DNA of 64,000 nucleotides from Amphiscolops sp. MND2022 (Eukaryota), in the NCBI GenBank assembly GCA_964187785.1, contig OZ076409.1:61506001-61570000 (forward strand), in the 5' to 3' direction. Positions 45,113 through 57,653 of this stretch are shown piece by piece (positions within the stretch are counted from its first letter, which is position 1; every line of letters begins with the position of its first letter). A model generated the notes under the pieces. That model saw only the letters and a list, made by a program, of their open reading frames with translations. It ran no database searches and was not told where the DNA came from. A program made the position numbers and the translations under genes.

Positions 45113-47194
45113 ATGAAACTATTTTTTCTACTCTTTTTATGCGCCTATTACGCGCCCGTTGTGATCTCACAATGCCCTACGCCAAACCTCGCTAGCGTTG
45201 CTAAAAAATTGCGAGTAACTCATTTCGACTGCGGCGAAATGACCCAAAACAAGCTCTACGCATTGAATCAAGTAGAGCAATGCAATGTGGCCCCAGAAAA
45301 CTTAGAAGTAAGTCGTGCTAGCGTAACGTTATACACTAAACACTTTCGCCGCACTATCAACGCCACTATGTGCCGTGTGAAACATCAGAGTGAAGAATGG
45401 CATTGTGGTCATCACGACCACTCCAGTATGTCAATTCTACACAACGGAATCACTAGCGATCTTTCCTTGTCCCCCGAAACCTGTAAGGTAATGGGTGAAG
45501 GAAAAGAAGTCATAATCCATGGACAACTCCTTAGATTTAAAAAAGGAGTGAAACAAGTACAGACGAGAAACGCCAAATACGGAAAAAGTTGGGACGGGGT
45601 ACGCGACCCTGATACCCGCAATGAGTGCAAAACAGGAGGATGGATCAAACGCGAAACTTTCGAATCTCACATTCAAGACGCTGAGTTATCAGTCAAGACC
45701 CGAGATGGAAAGGTCCTCACACCGTTTCAGATGGTCCTTCCCTGTCCTTTGGAGCAACTTGGTTGTGAAACGACGTCACTGGACCCCTACGCATACACAT
45801 GGGCAGAACCAGATAATTGCGTGCTTGCAGTACGATTCCACTACCAAATTTTTATTCGAGGTCTACAACAGACCACAAAAGTACTGCAACAAACCCGACG
45901 ATGTATACCCGACCAACTACCAATCCCTGTACGTTTCAATCCAACTTGGTGGCTTCGACATGACCTCCGGCAGAAGACTCGGCATCTCCATGGGCGAGAC
46001 ATCTAAACTTCAATATTACTCACCTGACGATGGTTCTGGTAATGGCCGACTCCACCTCTTCAGAGGACCCAGCGACTCTAACCCCAATACACCACATTAT
46101 CTCAACATGGATTACGAGCTCTACCAAGGAACAAAGTTAGATTATCTCTTTTTTCAGAGCACCCGCTTACTTGAAGCTTCAGAAATCCAGCTTTTGAAAG
46201 CTCAATGTGAACAGGAAAGAACACAAATCCTCACCATCTTGATGCTCTCCATGGAAAACCCACGACTTGCCGGATACATGCTCACGGGAAATCGCTCAAT
46301 GTTCATGAACACAGATGGTAGCCTAGCATGGCTCTACCACTGCCCAGAATCCCACTCACCTCTTCACACGATGAACCAATGCTACGACCGCGTACCCATC
46401 TTCTACAAAGGAGTGGTCGCCTTCGTGGACCCCATCACCCGACAGACTTATCCTAATGCGAACGTGCACAATTGCAGCGATCGCATTAAGAACCTCTTCC
46501 AACTGGACATGGAAGACAAAGATTCCTGGTTTACCCTCACTCTTTCACCCGAACACCGTGACCGACCTGCTATCTTCGGACCCAAGGACATCCAACCACT
46601 GATTACCAGATCCTTTCCTGGATCACAAGACGCAGGAATGTACACGCCGAAACAACTCGGAATTTTGGGATAACATCCTCATCAGCGCAGCTTCACGAAA
46701 TGCCCTCCAGAAGTTTTCACGAGAACTCATCATCCCTTCAATGGCCCATATCGGACCCGAATCATTTGCGTATTATGCACCCCGTACCGATTTTTACGTT
46801 GACGGTATGATATCACCCGACTACTTCAAAAATCAATTCCTCGAAACCTTCGGAAGTATATCGTACGTCCTCGAACTCTGCGGCGCGTATTTTGGCGCCT
46901 TTCTTTTTTATTAAATTCGTTATAGATATCACGGTCCTAGTCTTCCGCTATTTCGAACTTCGTCACCTTACTGGTAATACCCTGAGCTTCACTAAAACCT
47001 TGCTCAGTGCTTCGTACAATCTTTTCTTTACCTCCGTTTTAACTTCCGTATTCACCCCGCGGGCCCCTCTCGAGGATAGCATTGAACAAAGAACAAAAAC
47101 GGAAGACGAAATAAAAACGGTAGAACTTCAAAACCTGAAACAAAAAGAGGAATCACTATACCCCTCTGTACAGAGCTTCGTAGCTCCAATTTAA
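45113..47194 (+). pseudogene. env: Envelope glycoprotein, chuvirus/herpes-gB-like (class III) type, frameshifted
   Basis: Signal peptide MKLFFLLFLCAYYAPVVIS; Cys pattern HFDC...EQC...MCRV...HCGHHDH...TC...C; C-terminal hydrophobic segments. Frameshifts near 45830, 46660 and 46890. Confidence 0.75.
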
Positions 47195-47230
47195 AAGTTA
47201 AACCATTCTCATTGAATATACTACTTTTAG

Positions 47231-47812
47231 CAATTAGACTCAATCTTCGACCTACCAAACCTGGACGACGACAACCCTAACCCTAACTTAGAGGATGACT
47301 TAGAAATTGAGCCCTTATCGCCATCAGACCTGCTGTCCCCAGTATCCCCCACAACAATCAACTCCCTCCTAGACCCACCAGACTCAACTGTTCCTTCTCC
47401 ACACCCAAGGGCACATACAACAACGCCCTCGTCAACTACATCAGAGCGACCCCCCTTCCCGCTGTCGTTCACAGAAGAGGTAGCACCTATACCATCAACC
47501 CAACATCCACCCCGGTTCGGCGGAAAAGATATAAGAAGAATCTTCCCCAGAAAACACCACCACCAATGGAACAACGAGATAGCGGACCAGGCACCACTAA
47601 ATAAACAACACAAAAGGGAATACTATACAAAAAGGGCCAGATATGTTAAAAGGCCTAGGTTCAATGCAGATTTAAAGTATACCCTACTTCCTCAATTCTC
47701 ATCATGGAACATCGTTTTCTGGGACAACAAGAGACAAGAATACACTATAGAGAACCCTGCACTCAAAGGACAAAGACTAACTGTCCCCCTAAGATCAATA
47801 TCCGCACAATGA
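47231..47812 (+). CDS. ATG-less 193-codon Pro/Ser/Asp-rich then basic open frame (possible spliced exon)
   Basis: Open from just after CTACTTTTAG (acceptor-like) to TGA at 47810, which overlaps the ATG of the TRAF ORF; absent from the ORF track because it lacks a start codon. Confidence 0.45.
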   Translation, partial: QLDSIFDLPNLDDDNPNPNLEDDLEIEPLSPSDLLSPVSPTTINSLLDPPDSTVPSPHPRAHTTTPSSTTSERPPFPLSFTEEVAPIPSTQHPPRFGGKDIRRIFPRKHHHQWNNEIADQAPLNKQHKREYYTKRARYVKRPRFNADLKYTLLPQFSSWNIVFWDNKRQEYTIENPALKGQRLTVPLRSISAQ

Positions 47813-48753
47813 ATCATAGGCTAAACCCTAATGCTACGCCCTTCATCCCAAAAAATAATCATTCTTCCCATATTACTACACCCGACTGGCCCCCCATATC
47901 GAAACCAGATGACCCAGAAGAACAAGAGACTCTCGAGGGAATAGAAAGATTGAGCAAATGGATATCAGAATTAGAAACCTCAACCATATCAAGTTGCCAA
48001 AACGAAAAACTACTAGAAACCCCGGTCCTTCGGAAATCATTTCCATTAACAGAAACCTTACAGCCTAAAACGAAGTTTGATGGCAAAGTGAAACAACTCT
48101 ACAATTCGGCAGAAGAAGCAAAGACTAGATGTCTACAACTAGAGTCCACAATATCCAACCTACAAGCAACCATAAAATACCAATGCTCCCTCCTCAGAAA
48201 AACTAATATCATCGATGGGAGAAACAATGAACCCTTCCTGTGGCAGATTCCCGCATTTTCTACGCTATATCGAAAAGCAAAAACCTTCCCGGATGAACCA
48301 CTAAGCAACTTCAAATGTAGCTTCACCAGCCCCATCTATACTACTCACCTAGCAGGCTGCAAAATATCACTTAGACTGTTTCCATATGGGATAAACCTCT
48401 TTCGGGGAACCCACTCTTCCATTTGCTGTGAGCTCCATCTTAGCGACTTCACCCTCCCTCGAACATGGCCTTTCGACCGACAATTAGAAATCTCCATCAT
48501 AGATCAAAAAGACAAAAACAACAAGTGGTCTACCTACTTCCCAAACAACTCTGACAAGAACAACCAAGATGACACCCACGCCGGCACCTACACACTTCCT
48601 GACCTCATGAGAGAAGATTTCATCCCTCACACAAAACTATTGGTCAACTTCAGGGAAGCCTTTTTAAACAACGACTCTGTAATCCTCCAAATTAAATTTA
48701 ATGAAGCCCCCTTTAAAATCCCAAGTGCTAAAGAGACCCCCCTTCATTCCTGA
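47809..48753 (+). CDS. PAM2 motif + coiled coil + TRAF-C/MATH domain protein
   Basis: LNPNATPFIP; heptads (CLQLESTISNLQATI); FLWQIPAF...FTSPIY...GCKISLRLFPYG...GTHSS...WPF...ISIIDQ...FIPH...FLNNDSVILQI; no RING. An upstream in-frame ATG exists at 47704. Confidence 0.85.
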   Translation: MNHRLNPNATPFIPKNNHSSHITTPDWPPISKPDDPEEQETLEGIERLSKWISELETSTISSCQNEKLLETPVLRKSFPLTETLQPKTKFDGKVKQLYNSAEEAKTRCLQLESTISNLQATIKYQCSLLRKTNIIDGRNNEPFLWQIPAFSTLYRKAKTFPDEPLSNFKCSFTSPIYTTHLAGCKISLRLFPYGINLFRGTHSSICCELHLSDFTLPRTWPFDRQLEISIIDQKDKNNKWSTYFPNNSDKNNQDDTHAGTYTLPDLMREDFIPHTKLLVNFREAFLNNDSVILQIKFNEAPFKIPSAKETPLHS

Positions 48754-48789
48754 CCTACCCCAGATACCGAATTCTTTTTTCTCCCTGCC

Positions 48790-48800
48790 AGGGGGGTGAG
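48790..48800 (+). promoter_or_regulatory. Polypurine tract of element B
   Basis: AGGGGGGTGAG just before the 3' LTR. Confidence 0.7.
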
Positions 48801-48801
48801 C

Positions 48802-51321
48802 TGTCGCGTTATGACTAACGCTTAATCAATAATACAAATGCAACTGCAACAATAAAGTGCTCAACAAAAAACACCTGATTTAATAAAAAGCTCTACAAAC
48901 GTCCCAGGGATACTCTTCCGTTCCTAATCAAAAATTCCCCCGCAAAAAATACAAAGCTAATCAATTCTCTTTGTGCTACCGCGCAGTTTATGATTAAAAA
49001 CACCTGATTTAATAAAAAGCTCAACGATCATCCCAGGGCTTCAGAGCCGTTCCTTATCAAAAATTCCGCTGCAAAAATACAAAGCTAATCAATTTCCTTT
49101 GAGCTACAGAGAAGTTTATTATTAAAAAACACCTGCATAAACAAAGCAGGAAATTGAACTAACCTGGAGAAGGAGGGAGCTGAAGATAAATAACTAATGA
49201 AGTAGGGCGGCAGCTGAAACTTATAAAAAGGCCGCAGAATAATGGGATAAAAGAAGTTTCTTCTACCGCGGGATTGCACAAATGAAAAATTCTATTATTT
49301 ACCGCGGAGATCTGAAATCTAATGCTAAGCTCTGATTGGCTGAACGAAAAACAGGCCAATCAGGCACTTCGGCAGAAGTGCTGAACCGTTTTTATACGGC
49401 GTGCACAGGCTGGAGCTTCATTCTTTCCTCCAACCGGCAGAGCTTCAACACCTAAAAAGCTCTCTCCCTTTCTCACTTCTACTTCTCTTCCCTTCAACCT
49501 GCTCCAACTCTACTTAACTTCTCTCCGCTAAATTCTTGAATTATTTTCCCCTTGGACTAAAAACTTCTATCTTACTTTCTTCCCCTTTTTGCTTTGGCTC
49601 TCAAATTTGCGAAGTCACAATCCCTCTTTCTTGAATTTTCTATCTTAGAGAATTCACCTCAATCCGACAACAGTCCCAGGTCTGGTGAGTGAAAAAATAA
49701 CTTAGTTTCTTTTTTTGTGAAGATTTCTGATTCTCCCCTTTCTAACTAAATTATATCTTAGAAAAATTCCACTGACTCTACTCAGTGGTTGTTTAAAATA
49801 TTTCTTAGAAAAATTCCACTGATTCTACTCAGTGGTTGTTTAAAATATAACTTAGAAAAATTCCACTGATTCTACTCAGTGGTTGTTTAAAATATATCTT
49901 AGAAAAATTTCACTGATTCTACTCAGTGGTTGTTTAAAATATTTCTTAGAAAAATTCCACTGATTCTACTCAGTGGTTGTTTAAAATATATCTTAGAAAA
50001 ATTCCACTGATTCTACTCAGTGGTTGTTTAAAATATAACTTAGAAAAATTCCACTGACTCTACTCAGTGGTTGTTTAAAATATATCTTAGAAAAATTTCA
50101 CTGATTCTACTCAGTGGTTGTTTAAAATATTTCTTAGAAAAATTCCACTGATTCTACTCAGTGGTTGTTTAAAATATATCTTAGAAAAATTCCACTGATT
50201 CTACTCAGTGGTTGTTTAAAATATAACTTAGAAAAATTCCACTGATTCTACTCAGTGGTTGTTTAAAATATTTCTTAGAAAAATTCCACTGATTCTACTC
50301 AGTGGTTGTTTAAAATATATCTTAGAAAAATTCCACTGATTCTACTCAGTGGTTGTTTAAAATATAACTTAGAACAATTCCACTGATTCTACTCAGTGGT
50401 TGTTTAAAATATATCTTAGAAAAATTCCACTGATTCTACTCAGTGGTTGTTTAAAATATAACTTAGAAAAATTCCACTGATTCTACTCAGTGGTTGTTTA
50501 AAATATATCTTAGAAAAATTTCACTGATTCTACTCAGTGGTTGTTTAAAATATATCTTAGAAGAACACTAAATAAATGGTTGGCGTTACACTAGTACTTA
50601 CAAAATCACTTCACCTTATTTACTCAGTAAGCTTGTGTCTTATAAAAAGTCCTAATGCTGTCTCTCTACTCAACAGAGCAGTGACTTTAAAAAACTAAAA
50701 CTCGCCGGTTTAAATTATCACCGGCTAAAACCATTTCTCATTTGGAGCTAATCAAAAAGCATTTTCATTATGAAAGTGTAAAAGCTTACAATTTAGTCTG
50801 TAAATTTTATTACGAATTTTCTGATATGTATTAATGCTTTCTGATGTATTTTATGAAGCTACTTTGCTCGAAGTCAAAATAAATCCTTCCAATTTACTGC
50901 TGAAGTAAAGTAAGTAGTTATTTTACTGCTGGATTTAAATAAAGATGGAATAGACACTGAGATGCCTGAAAAATTTTACTTAGTCCTATTGTCCGTTCAC
51001 GTGATATAATTCAACATATTTCCTTTCTATACTTTTCCGCTTTTCAGATAACTCATTTACATACACTGCCTTGCACTTACTCACGCAACTCCCTTTGTTC
51101 GCACGTACACGCAAGGCACTTCCTTTCTAGTATTGCACGGAGTAGGCTTTGAGACTTTCTTACTCATTTACAATCAATAATAGAATAGCCACCTGAAAGT
51201 AATTTTCACTATGCTACATAAGCTGAACTGACTAATATTGATAACGACTGAACAGTCCCTTGAAAAGAAAAGGGAACAAAAAGGAAATAGTAAATAGTAA
51301 AATCTATCCATGCGTGCGACA
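48802..51321 (+). repeat. 3' LTR of element B (2520 bp)
   Basis: Direct repeat of 31941-34367. Confidence 0.95.
49757..50555 (+). repeat. 47-bp tandem hairpin array (17 units)
   Basis: 799 bp = 17 x 47; same unit as in the 5' LTR. Confidence 0.95.
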
Positions 51322-54300
51322 CTGCTGTAACGCATTGGAACTCAAGACATAAATGCTTCGCAGGTGATCAAACGATTTAATGAATGCAAAAAAGACCATT
51401 CGGAAGGGTTAGAAACAAACGCAAGGTTTGACAAGTAAGTGAAATTGCAGAAAAATCAAACGAGATGGTTGTCGGAAAACAACCACAAGTAATATTGTCG
51501 AAAGAACTTGAAGATTGATGCATCTAGATGTACACTGTTTTGCATCCCAAAAGTGATAACAAGAAAGAATGACAAATCAGTAAAGGTTGCTTTAGAGTCT
51601 CGAATGAATGAAATTTTAGGATAAGAAAAGCCAACAAAAACTATTTCGCATATCTAGAGGGACATTCCGTGTGAGCTCAAATAGAAGACCTTCCAGACTA
51701 GTTGTTATCCCGACAAAATAACATGAAAAAAGTGTCATTATATTAGTAAAACGGGGTAATAGAGTACAAGATGAAAAGAAACTACTTGTTGTCGTGAGAA
51801 AAGTAAGTATGATTCCTAGCTAATGAAGAAAAATAATTCGAAGGTTTTTCTAATAAAAACAGTGTCGTCAGGTGGCCAAATCAACGAAAACAGAATATAC
51901 CGAACAAAAAAGTTTTTCACACCACCTAGTGAGAACACGCGATTGATTTTCACGAAGGCTACCAGGAACCCGCGATAACATTTTGACAACCGAGGCAAGT
52001 AAAATGCGACTCCGAATAAAACACTAGCATTAACAATCGAACGTGAAGCTGATATCATTCCGGACTCAATGTTTGAATGAAAATAAAAAGCTTACTGAAT
52101 CGGAGAAGTACAAGCAGTAGTTTGAGGGTTTATTTGTAAAAAATAAGAAGGTTTTTTAATACCACTAACCAATCTCTGGAAACCCATATTAAACACAAAA
52201 GATGGATCAAGCATTATCTTGCGGGACTATCTGGATGATTCGATTGGTTAGCACACTTCGACACTACAGTACAACACATCGCTTGCAGTAACGTAAAAAT
52301 TAGAGATTTTCCCAAGTCATCACTAGTCTGTTCGGAACAGCCGATTTGATTTTGAAGAACGGATGTCAATCACGAACCAATCACAACGCACATCGGAGAA
52401 CGCAAAAGCCCAGGAGAGCAAATAGTTTACCCAATCACAACAAAAAACAGAACTTTTTATGAAAGCAGAAACGTGGATAAAACTAACGAACAAAACGTAC
52501 GGACAAAAATTTGTAAAGTTCAAAATCAATGAACAAAAGTCTGAGTCATCTAAAGCTTACCTTCTTTCAGGAGAGAAATGGATGGTAATTATATTCGTTG
52601 GGGAACAACCCGGGAGATCATGGAGATCATGCGGAGAAAAGATAATTCCTGGGTACACTAATTTTGACGGGGAGAAGACAGGAGAAAAACGACTGCGGGA
52701 CAGTGAGGTTGAGGTGAAACCCGAAAAACTTAAGTTCCGGTCAGACCTAAAATGGTAACCTGGGAAAAAGTGTCGAAATAGATGGGGAGCTGGTACACAG
52801 CGGACTAGACTCAGGGATCTATCAACCAGTGGCTGGCCCAGAAGAAGAGATGGCAATGGTACAGTTTCAGATCATTGAAGACACTAAACAAGAGCACCTC
52901 AAGAGAGAATGCGAAAGCCAAGTAATCAGGGGCGACGTTTCCTCATTGTTGACCTGGAGAACTACGATACGAAGGAAAAGAAATCACATCACGGGCGACT
53001 CAACAAATTCATTACAAATATGCTGGGAAGTAAGAGCTCTAATAAATGACAAAGATAACCGAGTTCAATTTCATGCTCGAACTGAAAACAAGGATAGCTA
53101 AACTGGCAACTGACGCAGAGATCAATCGAGTCAAAGATGCAATGAGAATGGGCGACAAAGCATCCGCTCCGGAACAATGCAGGCTGTTCTCAGTACACTT
53201 ATCATAATAGTTGGAACTTATGATCAACGACGAATAATCAGTTGTCAATCGTTTCTATTTTTTTTCGGCACTGTCTGTTCCAGCTGAAAGACAGCCGAAG
53301 CTCCCCATTCACGTTGAACTGAAAATACCCGAATTTAAAAGTTCAGGTTCCTGAGAAACTTTTCGAATTCGTCGAAAAACTCTAATTGGAAACCTTTGAA
53401 AGACAGAATCAAACAAAAAAAGAAACCGTAGTAAAAGAGACTGACAACTACTACCATTCACCGAAAAATAAATACAGAATCAGTCACGATTCAGAACAAA
53501 AAGTGAAGAGAAAGTGCCACAAAATGCCATCATGTCGAAAAACTGAAACTGCTTACGAGGTGTTTGGAAGGCACACGGAAGGCACATCGCTTGAAAAGAG
53601 ATATTCAGCGCTTAATTAAACTGAAAGCTCAAAATCATTTAAAACCGTTCTCACCAAGCAGAATCCGAATCGGACAGTGAAATTGGCGACCAACAGGAAG
53701 GGCGCGAATTTTAAAACCCTGACGCTTCAACACTTTTTTTAAAAAATTCGACTTCAAGTTGATGGTTTTTTGTAAAGCTTTGAAAAATTGCCCTTTGCGA
53801 CCCTTTCACATTTTTGATCTCATATATCTCGGAACCGAAACCAAATACGGAGTCCATTGGGTTGTAAATTGTACAAGGGTTTCGTAGGCTACACGTTGGG
53901 CTACACAACAAAATTGATGGGAAAACTTGTCAGCCCAACTTGTAGCTCGAATTTCTCAGAACTAAAATTAGATACGGACGCCATTTTTCGTAGAAAGTAA
54001 GGCAAGAATAGAGGAAAATTTTTACTATCAAAGTTTATAGCAGATTTGGTGACCTTTACCAATTTCTTCAATAACTCTTCAAACACGATATTATCCAAAC
54101 ATTTAGATACCGATGTCTCTACATATAGAAAACGGAGGCCCGCCCGCAAAGAGATCGCAAGTCGTATGACAATCTCCTCAGAATTCGAAAAATGTAATAT
54201 TGCGTTTTAGCTAAGTTTATTGAGTATCGTGAGATTTGAACCATTGACACCATAAATTTTTTAATTATTCTTTTTTGTATTTGCCCTTTACTTGGCGCAT

Positions 54301-54378
54301 TTCGAAGGAAAATGTGCGCAACTATTCCCCTGACTGGCTCAGGAAACACCACAGAATGTATACGAGGATGAAGAAAAT

Positions 54379-55380
54379 ATGCACAAAAAACAGGAGACTG
54401 TATCTGATTACAGTGAATCTTCGAATCTGAAAATCAATTGCGATAAAGCAAAATATATGATTTTTTATCGAGTTAAAGTCCGCAATGCCACATCAATTTA
54501 TATAAACAGGTATGTTATTGAGCGTGTAGATAGTTTTTTGATACTTGGGTGTGGTTTTCAAGTATAACAACACCTTCCAACTAGCAAAAAAGAATAATGT
54601 GGCTAATGCTGAAAAATCTGCTCTTTCCGAAATCAGATCTGGAACAGCGGGCCATCCGTGGTATCTAAACTGCACTTGCTTTACTCGCTGATTATATCCA
54701 TACTCATTTATGATTGCGAAGTCTGGGGATACGAAAATCTCGATCAATTAAAAGTTTTCTATCGGAATTTTCTCGACAACATTCTACAGGTTCGTAAAGG
54801 AACACCTAGCTTGATGGTACATCGGGAATTGCGAAGATAGAAGTCCGGTATCTAGTCTCTCATAGATTTAAAGGATTCTGGAAAAGACATTAAGACATGC
54901 TTCGTCACCAGGTAAGTCTTTGCAACTTCTATCTAACTTCATTAAATCATGAAGAACAGACAAATGGCTTGACGGAATGCAGAAAATTATAAGAGCGTGT
55001 GGTATAATTGCAGTTTCTGAACATTTAGCGGAGATATCAGAACCACACTTGATGAGATGCTCGAAAGCTTTTCTTGAAAGCACAAAAGAGGGACGCTGCT
55101 ATTCAATCTTGGCTAACGTCCTTGAACGACAACACACTTTTTCTACAAATACAATTGTGGTAAAGAAAAAATCTTATCACTTTAAAACAACCTTACCGAA
55201 ACGAATTGAGTGGGTTCTGATTTGCTTCTACTGTGAATGCGCATACAAGACAAAACTTTAGGAACAACTGAAACGCAGTGTCTACTTTGCAACAAGGAAG
55301 GGCTGGAGGACGAATATAATTTACTTCTAGTTGGTAAGAGCCTGAAGTCAGAGCGTACCGAAATCTCCTTCAATTAATAA
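54379..55380 (+). pseudogene. Decayed LINE (RTE-X/CR1-like) ORF2 3' portion
   Basis: LKINCDKAKYMIF, IERVDSFLILG, SILIYDCEVWG...RKGTPSLMVHREL, CLLCNKEGLEDEY spread across broken frames. Confidence 0.7.
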
Positions 55381-56231
55381 GTTGACGTACTTGAGTTGCT
55401 GATTCAATTTTCATAGTCGTTTTTGTTATACAGATGGATCGAGCCATTATTTCGAGAAAGTTTCAACTTCATCATTCGAAAAATGAATACAAATTGAATT
55501 CAAGCACCACATCGTATTTAATTACCGAAATTCGTTCCTGACGAACATTTAGAGGGCAATTGTTGCAGAGATAGATGAAATTTTGCGGAAGAAGTTGTAT
55601 ATCCCCAAGACGACTTATTACAGCGTGAGTTTGGCGAGCACCTATCTCAGTCACCTACTGATAAGATGACGATTACCTCGTTTCGATTTCAGCCGAACAC
55701 GAACATAGACGATGTCTCGTTCACGTCTCCAGATTATGCAACTGCTGACGAATATTGGAACGAACGTAACGATACTCCAAGGACTGTTACCGACTAGAGT
55801 GATGGCGTGATCGAAAACAAGCCGGGACCCGCACAAGTCAGCGCCCCGCTCAACTTTCTTGAATTTGCAAAGGACGCTGTTCTTAAAATTTTATCACTCT
55901 CTCAGTTTTCAACAGTTTTTGTTCACGCCGATAGTTTGTTCATGCAGCCCGTAAATTAAGATGGCTTCTTCCCAAGCAGACGGCTGTCGATTCCATGTTG
56001 TCCTAGAACTAATTATCTTTGTTTGCAAGCCCTCGACATGTCAAATTCCCTCTCCTTGATTTTTTGGCACTGTGCGACTTTTTTGAACAAAATATTATTT
56101 CACCAAAGGGTGCCGCGATTTACATATATGACCACAGGATTATGTACGCTCATAACTTATAAGTTTATCTAAAATAATCATCGTCTCCCAATATTATCTT
56201 CGTGATTTCACCAAACAAGCATTCAACTCAC

Positions 56232-56423
56232 CGTGTGCATATACTTCAATTTCTGTCAACTGGAACTGTGTCGCAACTTTCTTTGTGACCAAAAGTCTGT
56301 CACCCGCTATTCCACATTTAACTTCCGACCACTCCTCATCTGGCCCTGGGATCTGAATGGCGTCGCAATTGTTGCATGAATCAATGTCACAAATTTCCAA
56401 TGCATAGTAATCGGGTCTCATGT
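56232..56423 (-). CDS. Host gene exon: C-terminal half of an F-type lectin/discoidin-like domain
   Basis: 192 bp, phase 1/1, CAG acceptor and GTGAGT donor; ends GDRLLVTKKVATQFQLTEIEVYAH, like the L-x-E-V-E-V-Y end of F-type lectin folds. Confidence 0.75.
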
Positions 56424-57653
56424 CTGATATGGAAATAAGCATTTGTTAATAGTGATTTCAAAGCACTGGTTTAGAAGGACGTTTTTCATATTCTAACAAA
56501 AGCACCGACAATTTTGAAAACTTTAGTGATGTTTTTAATGAGACGTTTTAAAACATTTTTTACAAACCTTGCAAACAATTCAAATGCTTTATGCTTCGTT
56601 TTTGAGAAAATGGTTTTGATTATATGTGGTTATACGAATTTTCTTGGTACCGGCAGTTTTTTAAGGTTGCCCTGTATAACAACACAAAGGAACAAGTGGC
56701 GGTTTTCGCCTACTATCATGCTACACAGGGGCACGTTATCAACACCTCAGTTTTTAATTCGATATGCGACCGAGACTTCTAAAATCTCATTACTAGCGTT
56801 GATAACTTTTTGTTATTTGCGTTCTTTTCTTCAATGGAGTAAATTTTCCCAAGCAAAATACTTGGCCATATGTCGCGGCATTGGGTGTGCTTCTCACGTG
56901 TAATTTTGTACTAGAAAAACTCAGTTACTTTTTTGATCTGAGATTTCATATTTTCAAAATCAACTACCATACAAAAATTGGTGAAACATTTTGTTGAACA
57001 AGGGCATGGTGCTTTGAAACGATACTTTTCAACCCCGCACACACTTTGTTTTGACGAAATTACAAGTGATTTTGGTTGTTTATTTTTTAAGAATGCCCTT
57101 TCAGAAAAATTGTGAAATGAGAAAGTTAAAGAAAGATGTCAGGACTACAAAAATAATCGAACGAGGATTTTCTGCTGCCCGGTAGTTTCTGAGATATTGC
57201 TTATTAAAGTTCAAAAAGTTCCGAAATTCTTCGAAACACAGTGTGATATAACTTTTTAAATATTGATTCGATTTCAAAACAAAAATACCCCTCTTTTGTT
57301 GATCAAAACGTGAATGACGTTTACTTCTGAGACTTTTTCGTATATTGGACATAATAAAAAATTTCGAGCTTTGGAAACTTTCGTTAACCAAATCGACTGT
57401 TTTTAACTTTTTGGTAGCCTTGTGTAGTTTGTAGTATTTGTAAAGTTCCTTGTGTTTGAAATATTTTTTGCGGTCAAAAGTGAATTTTGTTTTCTAACAG
57501 TGAAATTGGGATCCTCCAGTAGAGTTTCACGACCAATGACGGAGTGTCTCCCATTCTGTAGTATGGCATCAGAAAAGTGCTTTCAAATAGCTTCGCAGTT
57601 GTTTATCAAAAGGTACCACGGTGGATGTCTTGAGAAAAGAAAGTTGTCACACC

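Larger units (their letters stand above)
31941..51321 (+). mobile_element. Env-bearing Ty3/Gypsy (Metaviridae) LTR element B with accessory genes, 19,381 bp
   Basis: LTRs with TGTCGC...GCGACA ends; 4-bp TSD CTGC (31937-31940, 51322-51325); PBS, gag, PR-RT-RH-IN order, env-like gene, PPT. Confidence 0.96.

Noticed and set aside
47227..47613. 128-aa minus-strand ORF
   Set aside because: Shadow of the longer Pro-rich plus-strand frame 47231-47812.
51326..53700. Possible old LTR-retrotransposon remnant into which element B inserted
   Set aside because: Purine-rich, coding-like texture, but no unambiguous motif could be read; not supportable without a search.
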